From the NCBI GenBank assembly GCA_951406725.2, contig OX597817.1:163556001-163620000 (forward strand): DNA of 64,000 nt. The letters run 5' to 3'. Within the stretch, counting starts at the first letter, position 1. Every line of letters starts with the position of its first letter. The notes under the pieces are model-generated. The model was not told the DNA's origin. It made no database searches and saw only the letters and a list, made by a program, of their open reading frames with translations. The position numbers and the translations under genes are program-made. This document shows positions 1-13,978 of this stretch, piece by piece. The stretch is from Octopus vulgaris (lineage: Eukaryota).

Positions 1-24
1 CTATCTATCTATCTATCTATCTAT

Positions 25-1002
25 CTACAACGCATCCTCTTTCGCTTCTTGTGGAAAGGATGCGTCCCGATGGTCAGGCGATCCATTTGCTGTCAACACC
101 CGTTAAAAGGAGGGCTGGGCATGCCGTGGTTGATGATGCGCAGACACGCGCTGAGACTGCGACATCTCTGGCTCTATGTAGACGACGGTGAACAGGTGTG
201 GTCGCCGTTTGTGAGGCACGCTTTCCCGCAGCTCGTCTCCATGACCGAACTGCAGTCGTGGATCAAAAAGAGGCCGAGGAAGGGCGAATGGCACCGCGAG
301 TGTCGCGTTGCTCTCAAGCAACTCTGCCGTCCTGGGTCGACCTTAAGTGACTTCAACACAACCAAAGCATTCTATAGGGGTTTAGTGGAGGGGAGGTACG
401 ACGACGAGCTCGGAGCGAACCTGGACGTCGACGAGGACTACCTGACCCGCCTGTTCAGGACGACTTTCGGGCCAGGGCCCATGGACAACTTCCAGAGATC
501 CCTGGCCTGGCAGTGCTACCGAGAAGCGCTACCCGTTCGGGATAAGCTCTACAGACACGGCTCGAGAAACACGGGGCCGACCTGCCCGAGATGCGGTCAG
601 AGCGACGAAACCGCTCTGCACGCACTCGTGCAGTGTCCAACAATTTCCGACCTGTGGGCTTATGTCGAACAACTGCTGTCACGTGTGGGACGAGTCGGTT
701 TATCAGCTGAGTCTATCGTCAATATTGTCACGCCTCCTTCCTTCAAACGGGAAGGAAGAGCTATTTTCATCATCCTTGTGGCTATGGCGAAAGAATGTAT
801 CTGGTGGACGCGTCTGAAAGGATTGGAGACAAACACTTTCCTCTCTGGTCAATCTCTCATCAACTTCTTCAAGTACCACTTGAAAAGGAAAGTGAGAGTA
901 GAGAGGCAAGTTTTGTCTAGCGAATGTTTTAAAAAAAGATGGGTGAATGTAGCAAGAATGGCACGTATGAATGACGAAGCCACCTTGAGCATAGTCCTAT
1001 GA
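25..1002 (+). pseudogene. Uninterrupted C-terminal part of Tx1/L1-type ORF2 (post-RT region and CCHC zinc finger); no true start codon
   Basis: Track ORF 49..1002 is open from position 25. FLWKG, GGLG and CxxC-x7-HxxxxC motifs present. The track start at 49 is a TTG, not a eukaryotic start. Confidence 0.85.
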
Positions 1003-1373
1003 ACACAGAAATCGAAAACAGAGAGTTGCTTATTTGCAAAAAAAAAAAAAAAAAGAAATATAAAATGTAACTTCATTGACCGAGGTTACCGTGGTCTTTT
1101 CCGTAGGCTTTTCTTTCCACGGGTAAACCTCACCTGTCCTCCCCTTTACACTTCATATTGACATTTCTGTGATAACGATCCCTATTGATCAATTTTTTTT
1201 TTTCCTCTCCCCCTTTTTTTTACCCCCCTTTTTTGTCCTCTTTCTCTCCTTTTACGATCCCTTTTGATTGAAACTCCCCCTTCCTTTTTTTTTTTTTTTA
1301 ACCCTTCAAAAGAAAAGCTCTACCTTGTAATTTGTTCTATCTGTGTGCAGCCCTGTGTGGCTAATAGAGAAAC
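25..1373 (+). mobile_element. 5'-truncated Tx1/L1-clade non-LTR retrotransposon (ORF2 C-terminus + 3' UTR) inserted in a (TATC)n tract
   Basis: GC-rich island. Open frame LQRILFRFLWKG...GGLG followed by zf-RVT knuckle CPRC..ETALHALVQCP. T-rich 3' UTR ends ...gtggctaatagagaaac, with (CTAT)n directly on both sides. Confidence 0.88.
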
Positions 1374-1374
1374 A

Positions 1375-1433
<59 letters not shown>

Positions 1434-1491
1434 ATATCTATCTATCTATCAATCTCTCTCTCTCTATCTACCTATCTATCTATCTACCTAC

Positions 1492-1561
<70 letters not shown>

Positions 1562-1622
1562 ATCTATCTATCAATCTCTCTCTCTCTATCTACCTATCTA
1601 TCTATCTATCTACCTACCTATC

Positions 1623-1706
<84 letters not shown>

Positions 1707-1785
1707 CACATGTGTATATACATGTGTGTATGTGTGTGTGTGTGTGTGTGTGCGTGTGTGTTTGTGTGTGTGTGCGTGCATGCGT
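1374..1785. repeat. Compound microsatellite (TATC)n/(TC)n/(TG)n
   Basis: Direct reading. Confidence 0.97.
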
Positions 1786-2107
1786 AGGTATATTTCTATG
1801 GTCGAAATTGTCAAAGTAGTTTCTTCAAATGTCTTAGAAATTACTACCAAATTTTGTGTAATTTTTGAAATACTGACCCCCATCAACATCATTCGCACGA
1901 AAAAAAGCTGTATTAAAGAATATATTTTCTCAAGATAACCAGCTGATATGTACAACATTTTAATACAGTTCTAATATGATATTAGTGCAAACAAATCACA
2001 TTAGAACAAGGCTTTTAACAGCTTGGTTATCTTCCCTACTCTGAAATTATAAACGATTTTAATGTGTTAAAACGTCTAAAAATGTTCGTATTATTATTAA
2101 TTTTGCT

Positions 2108-2560
2108 TTAAGACTGCGAGCTGGCACAATCGTTAGCACGCCGGATATAATGCTTAGCGGCATTTTGTCCGTCCTTATGTTCTGAGTTAAAATTCCGCCG
2201 AGGTCGACTTTGCTATTCAGCTTTTCGGGGTCGATGATTTAAATAACAGTGAAACACTGGGGTCGATGTGATCGACTAGTCCCCTCCACCAAAATTCCAG
2301 GCCTTATGCTTTTAGTAGATAAGAATATTAATTTTTGCTTTAAGGCAGCGTACCTTCAGAGTCGTTACCGCGCCGGATAAATTGCTTAGCGGCATTTCGT
2401 CCGTCCTTACGTTCTGAGTTCAAATTCCGCCGATGTCGACTTTGCCTTTAATCCTTTCAGGTTCGATAAATTAAGTAACTGTGAAATATTGGGGTCGATG
2501 TAATCAACTAGTCCCTTCCACCAAAATTTCAAGCCTTATACCTTTAGGAGAAAGGATTAT
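2108..2560 (+). mobile_element. Two tandem copies of SINE family A, tail variant A2 (about 2108-2326 and 2341-2560)
   Basis: Each has head aaggcggcgagctggc-like, B-box-like gagttcaaattcc, central gcctttcatcctttcggggtcgataa and tail cccctccaccaaaatttcaggcc. Confidence 0.85.
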
Positions 2561-3809
2561 TAGCTTTACTTTCGTATTAATCTTCAAGGTTGGCCATAAT
2601 TATAGAGCGAAATATGAGTTTTTAAGGACCTAATGCCGCAATCTATATTTGAATCCCGTTTGAAAGCAATTCATTTCACTTCACATGATCGCTAAAGATC
2701 TTCGGAAAGGCATGTAGATCACCATATGACTAGATATTCTTCCATATAGCACAAATGGCTTCGTTGCACAGTTACAAAGAACTAAATTTTATGCAACTGC
2801 CGTATGAGATGCTTTCAAGCTAAACTCATGCGATGTTTAATACAGTCTCTCAATCCTCTAGGATTGTTGAAATACTGGGATTGATTAAATCAAATGTTAG
2901 AAATACTCCGTTTCCAAGAGAATAGTGTACCTGTTAACCAAAATCAATAATTCTTAATCTGATTAGAATTTAAAATCCAACTATAGAGAAAATTCCACTG
3001 CGTCTGTTCTGGTGCACAATGCCTTTCCTTTGATGAAACTTTTGCTATTGATTTCGATTCATGGCTTTTTATACATGACAATATTTTTTGCTGTGTTCTA
3101 ATTGTTATCGCTTTTTTTCCTTCTCATAGAATCTAGGTTAAGGACGTTTTTTTGTATGTGTTTTGTCAAACTATTAACTATTGAGATACTGTTCTATAGA
3201 ACTGAATAGCGCTAAAGTACAAAAGTAGATTAGTCTTAAAGGATATAGTTTGCCATTGTGTTGTATAGGCTTTTATAGATTCAGTCACGTAAAAGAAGTT
3301 ACAGGACGGATAATGAAAGTGAAAATGAAAATGATAATGAAAATATGTAATTTGTAAGGAGAATTAAGATAGGTAATAAAATACTCGTTAAGTAACAATT
3401 TCTTTAAATATTAACTTAAACATAAAGTAGACCGAAGCTTCGAAACATCTTGCAGAAATATCACCTGGCTATGTATCAATGGAGAAATGTTGTCGATAGG
3501 TAGGAACTGCTTCCTTTAAAGGAAATCTAGCTGGAGTAAACGATTATAAATAGAAAAGTCAAGGAGACGCAATGAGAACTAAGGAGGGAATTAATAAATG
3601 AATGATCGATAGGGAAGAACACACAAACACACACACGCATGCACACGTATATATTCATGTATATATTCGTGTGTGTGTGTGTGTGTATAGACACATTCAA
3701 ATTTACATATATATTCATATTTACCTTGTCTTTTATCTCTCAGTAAACTCTCTCCTACCCTTACTCCGGAAGCAACCGTAGGTGGCAGTATTCCCCAGTT
3801 AAAATTCCC

Positions 3810-4204
3810 CTCTTTTACATGTTTCAGTCATTTGACTGCGGCCATGCTGGAGCACCGCCTTTAATCGAGCAACTCGACCTCGGGACTTATTCTTTGTAAG
3901 CCCAGTACTTATTCTATCGGTCTCTTTTGCCGAACCGCTAGGTGACGGGGACGTAAACACACCAGCATCGGTTGTCAAGCAATGCTAGGGGTACAAACAC
4001 AGACACACAAACACATACACATACATATATATACATATATATACGACAGGCTTCTTTCAGTTTCCGTCTACCAAATCCACTCACAAGGCATTGGTCGGCC
4101 CGGGGCTATAGCAGAAGACACTTGCCCAAGATACCACGCAGTGGGACTGAACCCGGAACCATGTGGTTGGTTAACAAGCTACTTACCACACAGCCACTCC
4201 TGCG

Positions 4205-4207
<3 letters not shown>
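3810..4207 (-). mobile_element. SINE family B (tRNA-derived, internal TA/TG microsatellite, gtaaaaga tail)
   Basis: Reverse complement reads ggcgcaggagtggctgtgtggtaag...gggttcagtccc...cttgggcaagtgtctt...gactgaaacatgtaaaagag; many near-identical copies in the window. Confidence 0.92.
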
Positions 4208-4527
<320 letters not shown>

Positions 4528-4762
4528 AATGAAAGAATGGAGTCGAACGACGATTTTAACAAAAGTAAAGGAATTTTGTTAAAATCTTTGTTCGAGTCCA
4601 TTCTTTTCATTTATTCATATAATAAAACACACAAATTTCCACACACGAACACGGGGTTCTGCCCTTGGCATATAGCTTCAACCGTGTTTGACTGATGTGA
4701 ATTTGATACCCAGGTATCGATTAACCGAATTATCCATACTAGGATAATTCATTCACCTACTT

Positions 4763-4821
<59 letters not shown>

Positions 4822-5145
4822 TATGTATGATATATGTATGTATGTGTGTGTATGTGTGTTTGCGTGTGTGTGTGTGTGTGAATTTTCCAAACCGTAAGAA
4901 AGCCATTTACTGTGTTTTGTCACGGATATATCGGTGTAAGCAAATAGGTGTAAATACATTGAAGTAGTTCACAGCGCCCCCTAACAGCATGGTTATCTCC
5001 TCTCCACCCACAGAGATCGCAAAGATACTGGAAATATTAACTTAACAGAAGTGATGTTTAAGAAAAGAAGAAAGTATGGTAAATGTAAAAGAGTTCTCTA
5101 CAGAACCGAAGATAAAATGAAACAGATACATTGAATGTGTGTAAG

Positions 5146-5533
<388 letters not shown>

Positions 5534-5973
5534 GGGAGAAAAGCGATGAATGAAAATGTCACGTGGGAGTTGAAGAAAATAATTGTGAAAATGGCGAGAT
5601 TGGAATGGAAAAGGGGAAGATACTACATAGAGGAAGATAAAATGGATCGGGAACGATATTATAAGTGTGTTGTATAAATGAAAACAAATGAAGATATATT
5701 ATATAGTTATGTAATTTATCTCGCCTAGAACGAAATGCCAATAGAGGAACTAATATATTATCTTGATTCTACAAAAATATATCAATTATGTGTGCACAAT
5801 TGCAGAGACACAGCATAGCAACATCTCGCAGGTAAAAGAGTAAACTAGCATAATTCCTAGTTACAATAATGTATAGCAACAAATAGAAATTTCTAGTTCA
5901 CTCGAGAAACAAGTATATATCTAAGCTTCGTAGTGCGCTGGAGATGTTGTAAACTCACAGCAGAACAATAATA

Positions 5974-6388
5974 CATTTCTTTATTGCCTACAAGGGTCTA
6001 AGCATTGAAGGGACAAACAAGGACAGACAAACGGATTAAGTCGATTACATCGACCCCAGTGCGAAACTGGTACTTTATTTATCGACCCCGAAAGGATGAA
6101 AGGCAAAGTCGACCTCGGCGGAATTTGAACTCAGAACGTAACGGCAGACGAAATACCTATTTCGTTATTACCCACAAGGGGCTAAACATAGAGGGGACAA
6201 ACAAGGACAGACATAGGTATTAAGTCGATTACATCGAGCCAGCGCGTAACTGGTACTTAATTTATCAACCCCGAAAGGATGAAAGGCAAAGTTGACCTCG
6301 GTGGAATTTGAACTCACAACGTATCGACAGACGAAATACCTCTAAGCATTTCGCCCGGCGCACTAACGTGTCTGCCAGCTCCCCGCCA
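5974..6388 (-). mobile_element. Head-to-tail dimer of SINE family A, tail A1 (head-truncated copy 5974-6158, full copy 6157-6388)
   Basis: Two successive tttc(t/g)ttatt(g/a)cc...ggacaaacaaggacagac...cccgaaaggatgaaaggcaaag blocks. Confidence 0.9.
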
Positions 6389-7321
6389 CAGTAGAACAAT
6401 AATAGAGCTCTTTTCGTGAGGTAATTTGTATGAAACCGCAAGGAGAATTATTCGGTATGTATATTCTTTCCATGAGAAATGCAACGGGTTATACATCATG
6501 ACAGCAACGTTTAGAGTTCCTGTGATGATGATAAATATTGTCTGTTCCTATTAGCAGATCATGACAGAGTGATTTTAATTTCTTTGATGATGTTAAATAT
6601 TGATTGCGTCGGTTAGTAAATCACGATAGTATTTCCCTGGTAGCAGAGGAAATGAAAAAGAAACAAAATAATCCAGACCACTTAGGAATTGGATAAGCTA
6701 AGGATCAAAATTACAGTCAACATAATTACAGTGGAAATTGCTGATGGTCTTAAACGCTACTCCATCGATATAACCGTTAGTAAATATTGAATTACTTTCA
6801 AGCATCATCAATTGAAATTTCGGTTCAATGGACATTTCCCTTATTTACAAAGATTAGCTTGTTATTGGTCGAAAGAAGACCCATTGTGAAAGCACTTTCC
6901 TTTTATCATACTATAGCTACATTCATCTCTGTAATGAACAATTTTACAAGTGAATATTGCTTCTAATCTCAATAATAGATGTTCCAATACTCTCGGAAAT
7001 GATGGAGCTAGAACTGTCCAAACAAATTTAACGGTAAATATTTGTTGATCTATACAATGGAAAAAAAAACCCAATAAGGTATAGTGTATATAGACATTTC
7101 GTAGTAGTGTGACATATTGACAGAATGGTGGCAGTTATCCAACAAGTGAATATTTTAATCTGAATATAATACAGAATGTAGGATCTTATAGTAGATAATA
7201 TATCACAGGATGTGAAATTTTGCTGTTAACGAATGTAAAGGACATTTGGAAGCACTCTTTTGGGCTATATTTTTATGTATTTAGTTTCAAATTTACTCTA
7301 TTTGCTGATAATATTTCTTTC

Positions 7322-8765
7322 TAAGGCAGCCACCTGACGGAATCATTAGCACACCAGTCAAAACGTTTAATGGTATTTCGTCCGTCTTTACGTTCTGACT
7401 TCAAATTCTGCCGAGGTCAGTTTTACGATTCCTTCTTTCAGAATCGATAAAATAAATATTGGGTTGGCAAGAAAGTAGTTTCGGTTTTTAAGTGTAAAAT
7501 AAGAGTCATTTTTTTTTCATACAAAGAAGAACTTGAATTACATATTTTCCATTTTATTCGATGCCCTTTGGCCATCTTTCTGGCAACTTTATGATTCCGC
7601 GCTCATAGAACTTCTCGTCTTTATCAGTGCGATTATAAATCATCATCATTATTGAAAGTTTTACCATTCAAAGAATTTTGCAAACTTCGAAATAAATTGT
7701 AATCTGATGGTGCCGGGCTATATGGTGGATGTGACATCATTTCTCAACAAGCCCCAATAATTTTTCATGAGTTAGCAAAGATTTGTGTGGTCTAGCGTTG
7801 TCTTGATGGAATACGACTCCTTTACGATTTGCCAATTCTGGCCTTTTTATTTTTGTTTGCTTCCTCCAGTTTCATTAGTTGTTGACGGTAAACATCAAAA
7901 CACACAACACCTTAGTAATTCCACCAAACTGACAGTATGGCGTTCTTTTTTATGCAATTCAGCTTCCTATGTGGTTTATAGTGGTTCATTACGCTTGGAC
8001 CATGATCGATGTCCGATTGATATTGTGGACATGCCATTTTTCAGCACCAGTGATTATTCGTTTCAAAAATGGTCGATTTCATGGCGTTTGAGGTGCATAT
8101 CGCAAATAATGATTCGTTGTGTTAAGTGAATCTCTTTCAACCTATGTGGAACCCAAATATTGAGCTTCTTAACGAATCCAAGACATTTTAAGTGATTTTC
8201 AATTGTTGTGTGTGATACATTTAACCTCTCTGCAATCTCCCGCACAATTATATGGCAATCAGATTCAGTTATGGCTTTGATTCGGTCATCATCAACTTCA
8301 GTAAGTCGACCAGAACGTTGGTCAATTTTTAGTGAAAAATCTCCGGAACGGAATTTTTAAAATCATTTCTGACATGTGCGGTCTGTTAATCAATCAACAC
8401 TATAAACTTCACACATCTCTTTGTGAGCCCTTGAAACTTTCTTGCCTTTACGGAAATAAAAAAAGCAAAATATGGCGAAAATGTTCGTGTTTGCATTTCG
8501 TGTTAAAATTGACACTGAACTAACATATGTAAACAAAATTACACGCAATTTGCTTCTAAAGTAAGCTAAAAGTAGCGGCTATCAAATGTTAAAAGGAAAT
8601 CAAAATGATAACATTGACAAAAGTCATTAAAAAAAATCGTAACTCTATCTATTTGCGAAACACGAAATTACTTGCCAACCCAATATCAGTTGAACAATGG
8701 GTTTGATGTAATTGATTTACTCCCTCCCCCGAAATTGCTAGCCTCCTACCAAAAATTGAAACAAA
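7322..8765 (+). mobile_element. Old SINE A split by a mariner (pieces 7322-7458 and 8684-8765)
   Basis: ...gataaaataaaTA [mariner] TAtcagttgaacaatgggtttgatgtaattg rejoins into the SINE A consensus. Confidence 0.8.
7459..8683 (-). mobile_element. Near full-length decayed mariner (Tc1/mariner) transposon
   Basis: TIRs ttgggttggcaag / cttgccaacccaa with TA duplication. Minus-strand peptide REIAERLNVSHTTIENHL...WVPHRL (HTH + WVPHEL motif), with frameshifts. Confidence 0.92.
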
Positions 8766-9409
8766 TGTTTCTTGTCGATGAAGAAAATATTACTTTTGTA
8801 AATTAATTTATAGCGAATTAATTTTCTCAAAGTATGATTTAAAGAACTGTGTAGAATCCGAAACGCAAATGTAATGCTGAAAGACACTGCAGTACTAATA
8901 GTTCATTGAGTTCTGAGTTCAAATCCTGCTTTGGTCACTTTTAACTTTGACGCTGATACGATAAGCATTTGTTTAGTTCCGAGAATCCCCCAAATTATGG
9001 ACTTGTACTAATGCAAGAAGTTCTTATTTAGATTAGTTGAATGTGGAAGAGTGGCAGAAAGAGTAGCGTACTGGAGTAAATCCATTTCAGAATGTTGTTC
9101 CAATCATTCATTCACGTTTTCAGTCCCGAGCATTCATTGAAGAATTCTCTTGATTCGAAAGAATGATTATTGATAACTATTTAAATGTGTGTAAGAATGA
9201 TTGGTTAAGGATAGTGTCTCTTATTCAGATATGTTTGTGGTGAGCCCTTCAGAGAAGTAACTATCAAGACCGTATCTTGACTGTTGATATTTACCTTTCT
9301 AAGTATGCCTTCATTTCAGATAAAACGTAGCTGAGCTCAACAAAGAAGTAACAATCTATATCCTGTAAGAGAGGAGACCAGTAGAAAAAGTAACCCACCA
9401 GTTTGTGTT

Positions 9410-9834
9410 TATTCTTTTCTACGAGGCCCGAAATTTTGGGGGAGGGGCCTGTCGATTAGATCGACCCCAGTACGTAACTGGTAATTAATTTATCGACCCC
9501 GAAAGAATGAAAGGCAAAGTCCACCTTGGCGGAATTTGAACTCAGAACGTAAAAACAGATGAAATACATCTCAGCATTTTGCACGGCGTGCTAACATTTC
9601 TTATTTCTTTATTGCCCACAAGTGGCTAAACAGAGAGGGGACAAACAAGGACAGACAAAGGGATTAAGTCGATTACTTCGACCTCAGTGCATAACTGGTA
9701 CTTATTTAATCGACCCCGAAAGGATGAAAGGTCAAGGCGACCTCGGCGAAATTTGAACTCAGAACGTAAAGATAGACGAAATACCGCTCAGCATTTTGTC
9801 CGGCGTGCTAACTTTTCTGCTAGCTCGCCGCCTT
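9410..9834 (-). mobile_element. Head-to-tail SINE A dimer (A2-tail copy 9410-9600, A1-tail copy 9601-9834)
   Basis: Two SINE A bodies with different tails. Confidence 0.88.
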
Positions 9835-11044
9835 TATACTTTAAATATATTAAACGTGAATTTGATAAGGAAATAATCTCTAAATTGCGCCTGTTATTTT
9901 CGGTATTTTGTATTTAAGGGAACAAGGAGGCATTCCATCTGATCATTGCCTTCACTTCAGATTGTTTTGGGTTGAGACTTATGAGGAAGTAACCTTTCAT
10001 ATTGTGCCTTTTCGCTTGAGATACATTAGAGATAATGTCAGTATATGTTATTTGGGAGACTTAACTGAGATTTAACCCTCTACATTTTGATCCTTCACAT
10101 TAGATATTTCAGAGGTGAGTTTATCAGGGAAGTAACCTACTTCACTTTTGAAACATTCTGAAGATATTCAGAAATGTAGACTCAGAGATGGTGTTCTTCG
10201 AGTAGCAGTACAAACGTGAGTCTATGTTTGTGCTGTAGAGTGTGTATGTGTGTGTGTGAACATAGTTACATATGGAGAACATTCAATTGCTATAATAAAA
10301 ACATACGTTCTCACTCTAACAAGAAAGATAGACTCTTTTAGAAAATATAAATGCATGCTACTTCGTTGTTTTCTCCACAACATTTTTTTTTTTACTTTCA
10401 ATTGTAACCCCACCACCATCACACATACACACACACTTACTTTATCCTACAGTACCTGTTGCCCTCTTATATTTCTATTTCGTAGAATTGAACTTTCGAA
10501 ATGATTTCTCATTTCTATTCAACTAACGTCAGTTCCTGTTTACATTATTTCAAGACACAAAACAACATTTTTTATCTCGATGTCAGATCGGCCTAGATCA
10601 TTCAACATCTCATACAGTAGTTCTTCTTTTTTTTGTTTTATTTTGATATATATACAATAAAAAACGAAGAACTGCTGCTGTAAACAACTTATTTCACCAA
10701 TCAAATTAACGTGTAGGTTGCAGTACTTAAACCAGGTCATGTACGGTTAATAATCACAATGCACTTGTGACTTGAATTCAAATTATTATAAAGTATATCA
10801 TGTAAATCTAACTGATCGCCTTTTAGAAGCAGCATCTTTCCTCCATACCAGCAGCACAAACTCCATTGTATTCTTTCTTTTGTTACCTCGCAGCTTACCA
10901 CTTCTCCAACATTGACGCTGTGAGAATATTCCAGATGGAAATAACAGCTTGTGGCCATTAAATTTCATTCCCGACATGTTCTTTCAGTATCGTTCTGTTT
11001 ATCTATTTATTTGTTTCTTGCTCCATCTGTTTGCACCGATTTGT

Positions 11045-11457
<413 letters not shown>

Positions 11458-11700
11458 GGCTATAAAACCTATTGATGTATTCATCAGGTTATCTGTACAT
11501 AATTTATTCTTCCAGGCGCATCTCCATTGTTTGTAAGTGCAAGTTTACATAGTCTTATTTTCCAATATCGGTTTTAAAATATATTTTCATGTTAGCACTA
11601 TTTCCAAACCAAAGTGTAATGCTTAATCCCTCCAAACAATGCGCTATGTTTCAATTATAAAAATACACACCGTATAAAAAAGATACAGTTTCATTTACAT

Positions 11701-12325
11701 CAGAGGTACCCAAACGGGGTTCATATGGCCCCTGAGGATCTATGTAAGATTTTCGGGGGTCCACACAATAAAAGAGTAAATTCGGGGTTCACAATATTAT
11801 TCTAAGGCCTCCTGTAAACATTTTGCTTTATATGTATGTATTGGTGTGGAGGCGTGTGGCTTAGTGGTTAGGGTATCAGCATCATGATCGTAAGATTGTG
11901 GTTTCGATTCCTGGACCGGGCGACGCGTTGTGTTCTTGAGCAAAACACTTCATTTCTCGTTGCGCCAGTCCACTCAGCTGGCAAAAATGAGTAACGCTGC
12001 GATGGACTGGCGTCCCGTCCAGCTGGGGAACACATACGCCATTGAAACCGGAAAACCGGGCCCATGAACCTGGCTAGGCTTTAAAAGGGCGCATTTTAAA
12101 AAAAAATATGTATGTATTGGTATGTATCGTAAGAAACAGCCTGGTTTCTTTCTCTAACGATTTACATTGTTCAAACTATACAAGTTAATGTGTTAAGAAC
12201 AAAATAAGGATTTTGAAAGAAGTTTCCTTAAAACTAGGTTTTAAACATCGAATGGCTATAGGGGTCCGCCAGAATAATGTTGTAATCGAAGGGGTCCATT
12301 GGTAAAAAATGGTTGAAAACCCCTG
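11701..12325. mobile_element. Non-autonomous hAT (Charlie-like) MITE, interrupted by a SINE
   Basis: Termini cagaggtacccaa / ttgaaaacccctg; 8-bp TSD atttacat / atctacat. Confidence 0.75.
11846..12105 (+). mobile_element. SINE family C (tRNA-derived head; gcgatggactggcgtcccgtccag domain)
   Basis: A box tggcttagtgg, B box gtttcgattcc, A-rich tail; TSD atatgtatgtattggt on both sides. Confidence 0.92.
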
Positions 12326-13009
12326 ATCTACATCAACATTTAGTCATTTTAGTTATCAACTAAATGTTTATTAGGGTATTTACTGTAATTAATCCTTTTT
12401 AATGTAATCTTAGACTGATGGATTATGATTTATTCAACATTTACTAATTGAGGAACTAATACATCTTGAACACAAATCGTTTGGAATAACATAGATTCGG
12501 CTACTTATTGACATTTGAAATCCTGTTAATTATACCTGTTAATTAACAGGTATAAATAATTAATGCTTTGTATCAATTCTCTCATATCAGTACAAATAAG
12601 ATGTATTTGTACATCAATGACTGTATAATTCATAGACGTCAATAAATGAATACTGAAACACAGTTTGATAAAGCGATAAAAGTAATGTGAACAGGAAAAG
12701 AGAGTTGATACAATAAAAGATGGCTCGCTGATAATGAAAGAGACAGGGAGCTATCGATGTATAACACGATGACAGAACAAAGAAAAATGACAGAGTGAAA
12801 AATAATTCAGTCAAAAGTGATAAAAGTACAAGGTATTTGGCCATATTTCTAACGAATGTAGGACAGGAAATAAATATAAAATAGTATTGTAATTTGCTTG
12901 AAGCATTGTACCAAGTAAATGATATAAGTGTTATTTTTAAATCTTTGAACGATATAGGTGAGAAATTTGATAAAATAGGTAAGGTGACATCAATAGATAA
13001 AATCAAATT

Positions 13010-13316
13010 GAAGGCGGCGACTGCTTGGCAACTGCTTTTAAAGGCACAGTTGGTATTCGCCAGTATGCGTAGATATGTCTATACTCTGTATTTCACAGGG
13101 CGGCGAGCTGGCAGAAACGTTTGCACGCCGGGCGAAATGCTAAGCGGTATTTCGTCTGTCTTTACGTTCTGAGTTCAAATTTCGCCGAGGTCGACTTTGC
13201 CTTTCATCCTTTTGGGATCGATAAATTAAGTACCAGTTGCGTAATGGGGTCGATCTAATCGACTGGTCCCCTACCCCAAAATTTCGGGCCTTTATGACTA
13301 GAGTAGAAAAGAATAA
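13010..13316 (+). mobile_element. SINE A (tail A2) with a foreign ~78-bp insert in its head
   Basis: TSD ataaaatcaaat at 12997 and 13317; aaggcggcga, then the insert, then ggcggcgagctggc. Confidence 0.85.
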
Positions 13317-13573
13317 ATAAAATCAAATACAAGATATTGCATTCCCTTACATATATTGTTTAATGTTTCTATTATATTTCGGAAAAGATTCCCCTTATTA
13401 AATATAAACGGAAATAATCCATGAGTTCGAAGTATAAGTGTTATTATGGGTATATATGTAATATATTGAATGAAATTTAAAGGAAAATAACATGGAAGGG
13501 AATAAAACCTTTTTTAGTGTTATATGAATTATCTTAACTCAAGACTAAAGTATGTTATAAAAGAAAGTGACAG

Positions 13574-13978
13574 TAGGCGCAGGAGTGGCTGTGTGGTAAG
13601 TAGCTTGCTAACCAACCACATGGTTCCGGGTTCAGTCCCAAAGCGTGGCATCTTGGGCAAGTGTCTTCTGCTATAGCCCCGGGCCGACCAATGCCTTGTG
13701 AGTGGATTTGGTAGGCGGAAACTGAAAGAAGCCTGTCGTATATATGTATATATATGTATGTGTGTGTGTGTGTCTGTGTTTGTCCCCCTAGCATTGTTTG
13801 ACAACCGATGCTGGTGTGTTTACGTCCTCGTCACCTAGCGGTTCGACAAAAGAGACCGATAGAATAAGTACTGGGCTTACAAAGAATAAGTCCCGGGGTT
13901 GATTTGCTCGACTAAAAGGCGGTGCTCCAGCATGGCCACAGTCAAATGACTGAAACAAGTAAAAGAGTAAAAGAGTAT
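13574..13978 (+). mobile_element. SINE family B, full length
   Basis: aggcgcaggagtggctgtgtgg ... gtaaaagagtaaaagagta. Confidence 0.93.

Noticed and set aside
10540-10958. Possible host exons or pseudogene (also 15553-15800)
   Set aside because: No recognisable domain, non-ATG or short frames, and no convincing splice pair; needs BLASTX or RNA-seq.
11846-11920. tRNA genes at SINE heads
   Set aside because: A and B boxes are present, but there is no complete cloverleaf and they continue into SINE bodies with TSDs.
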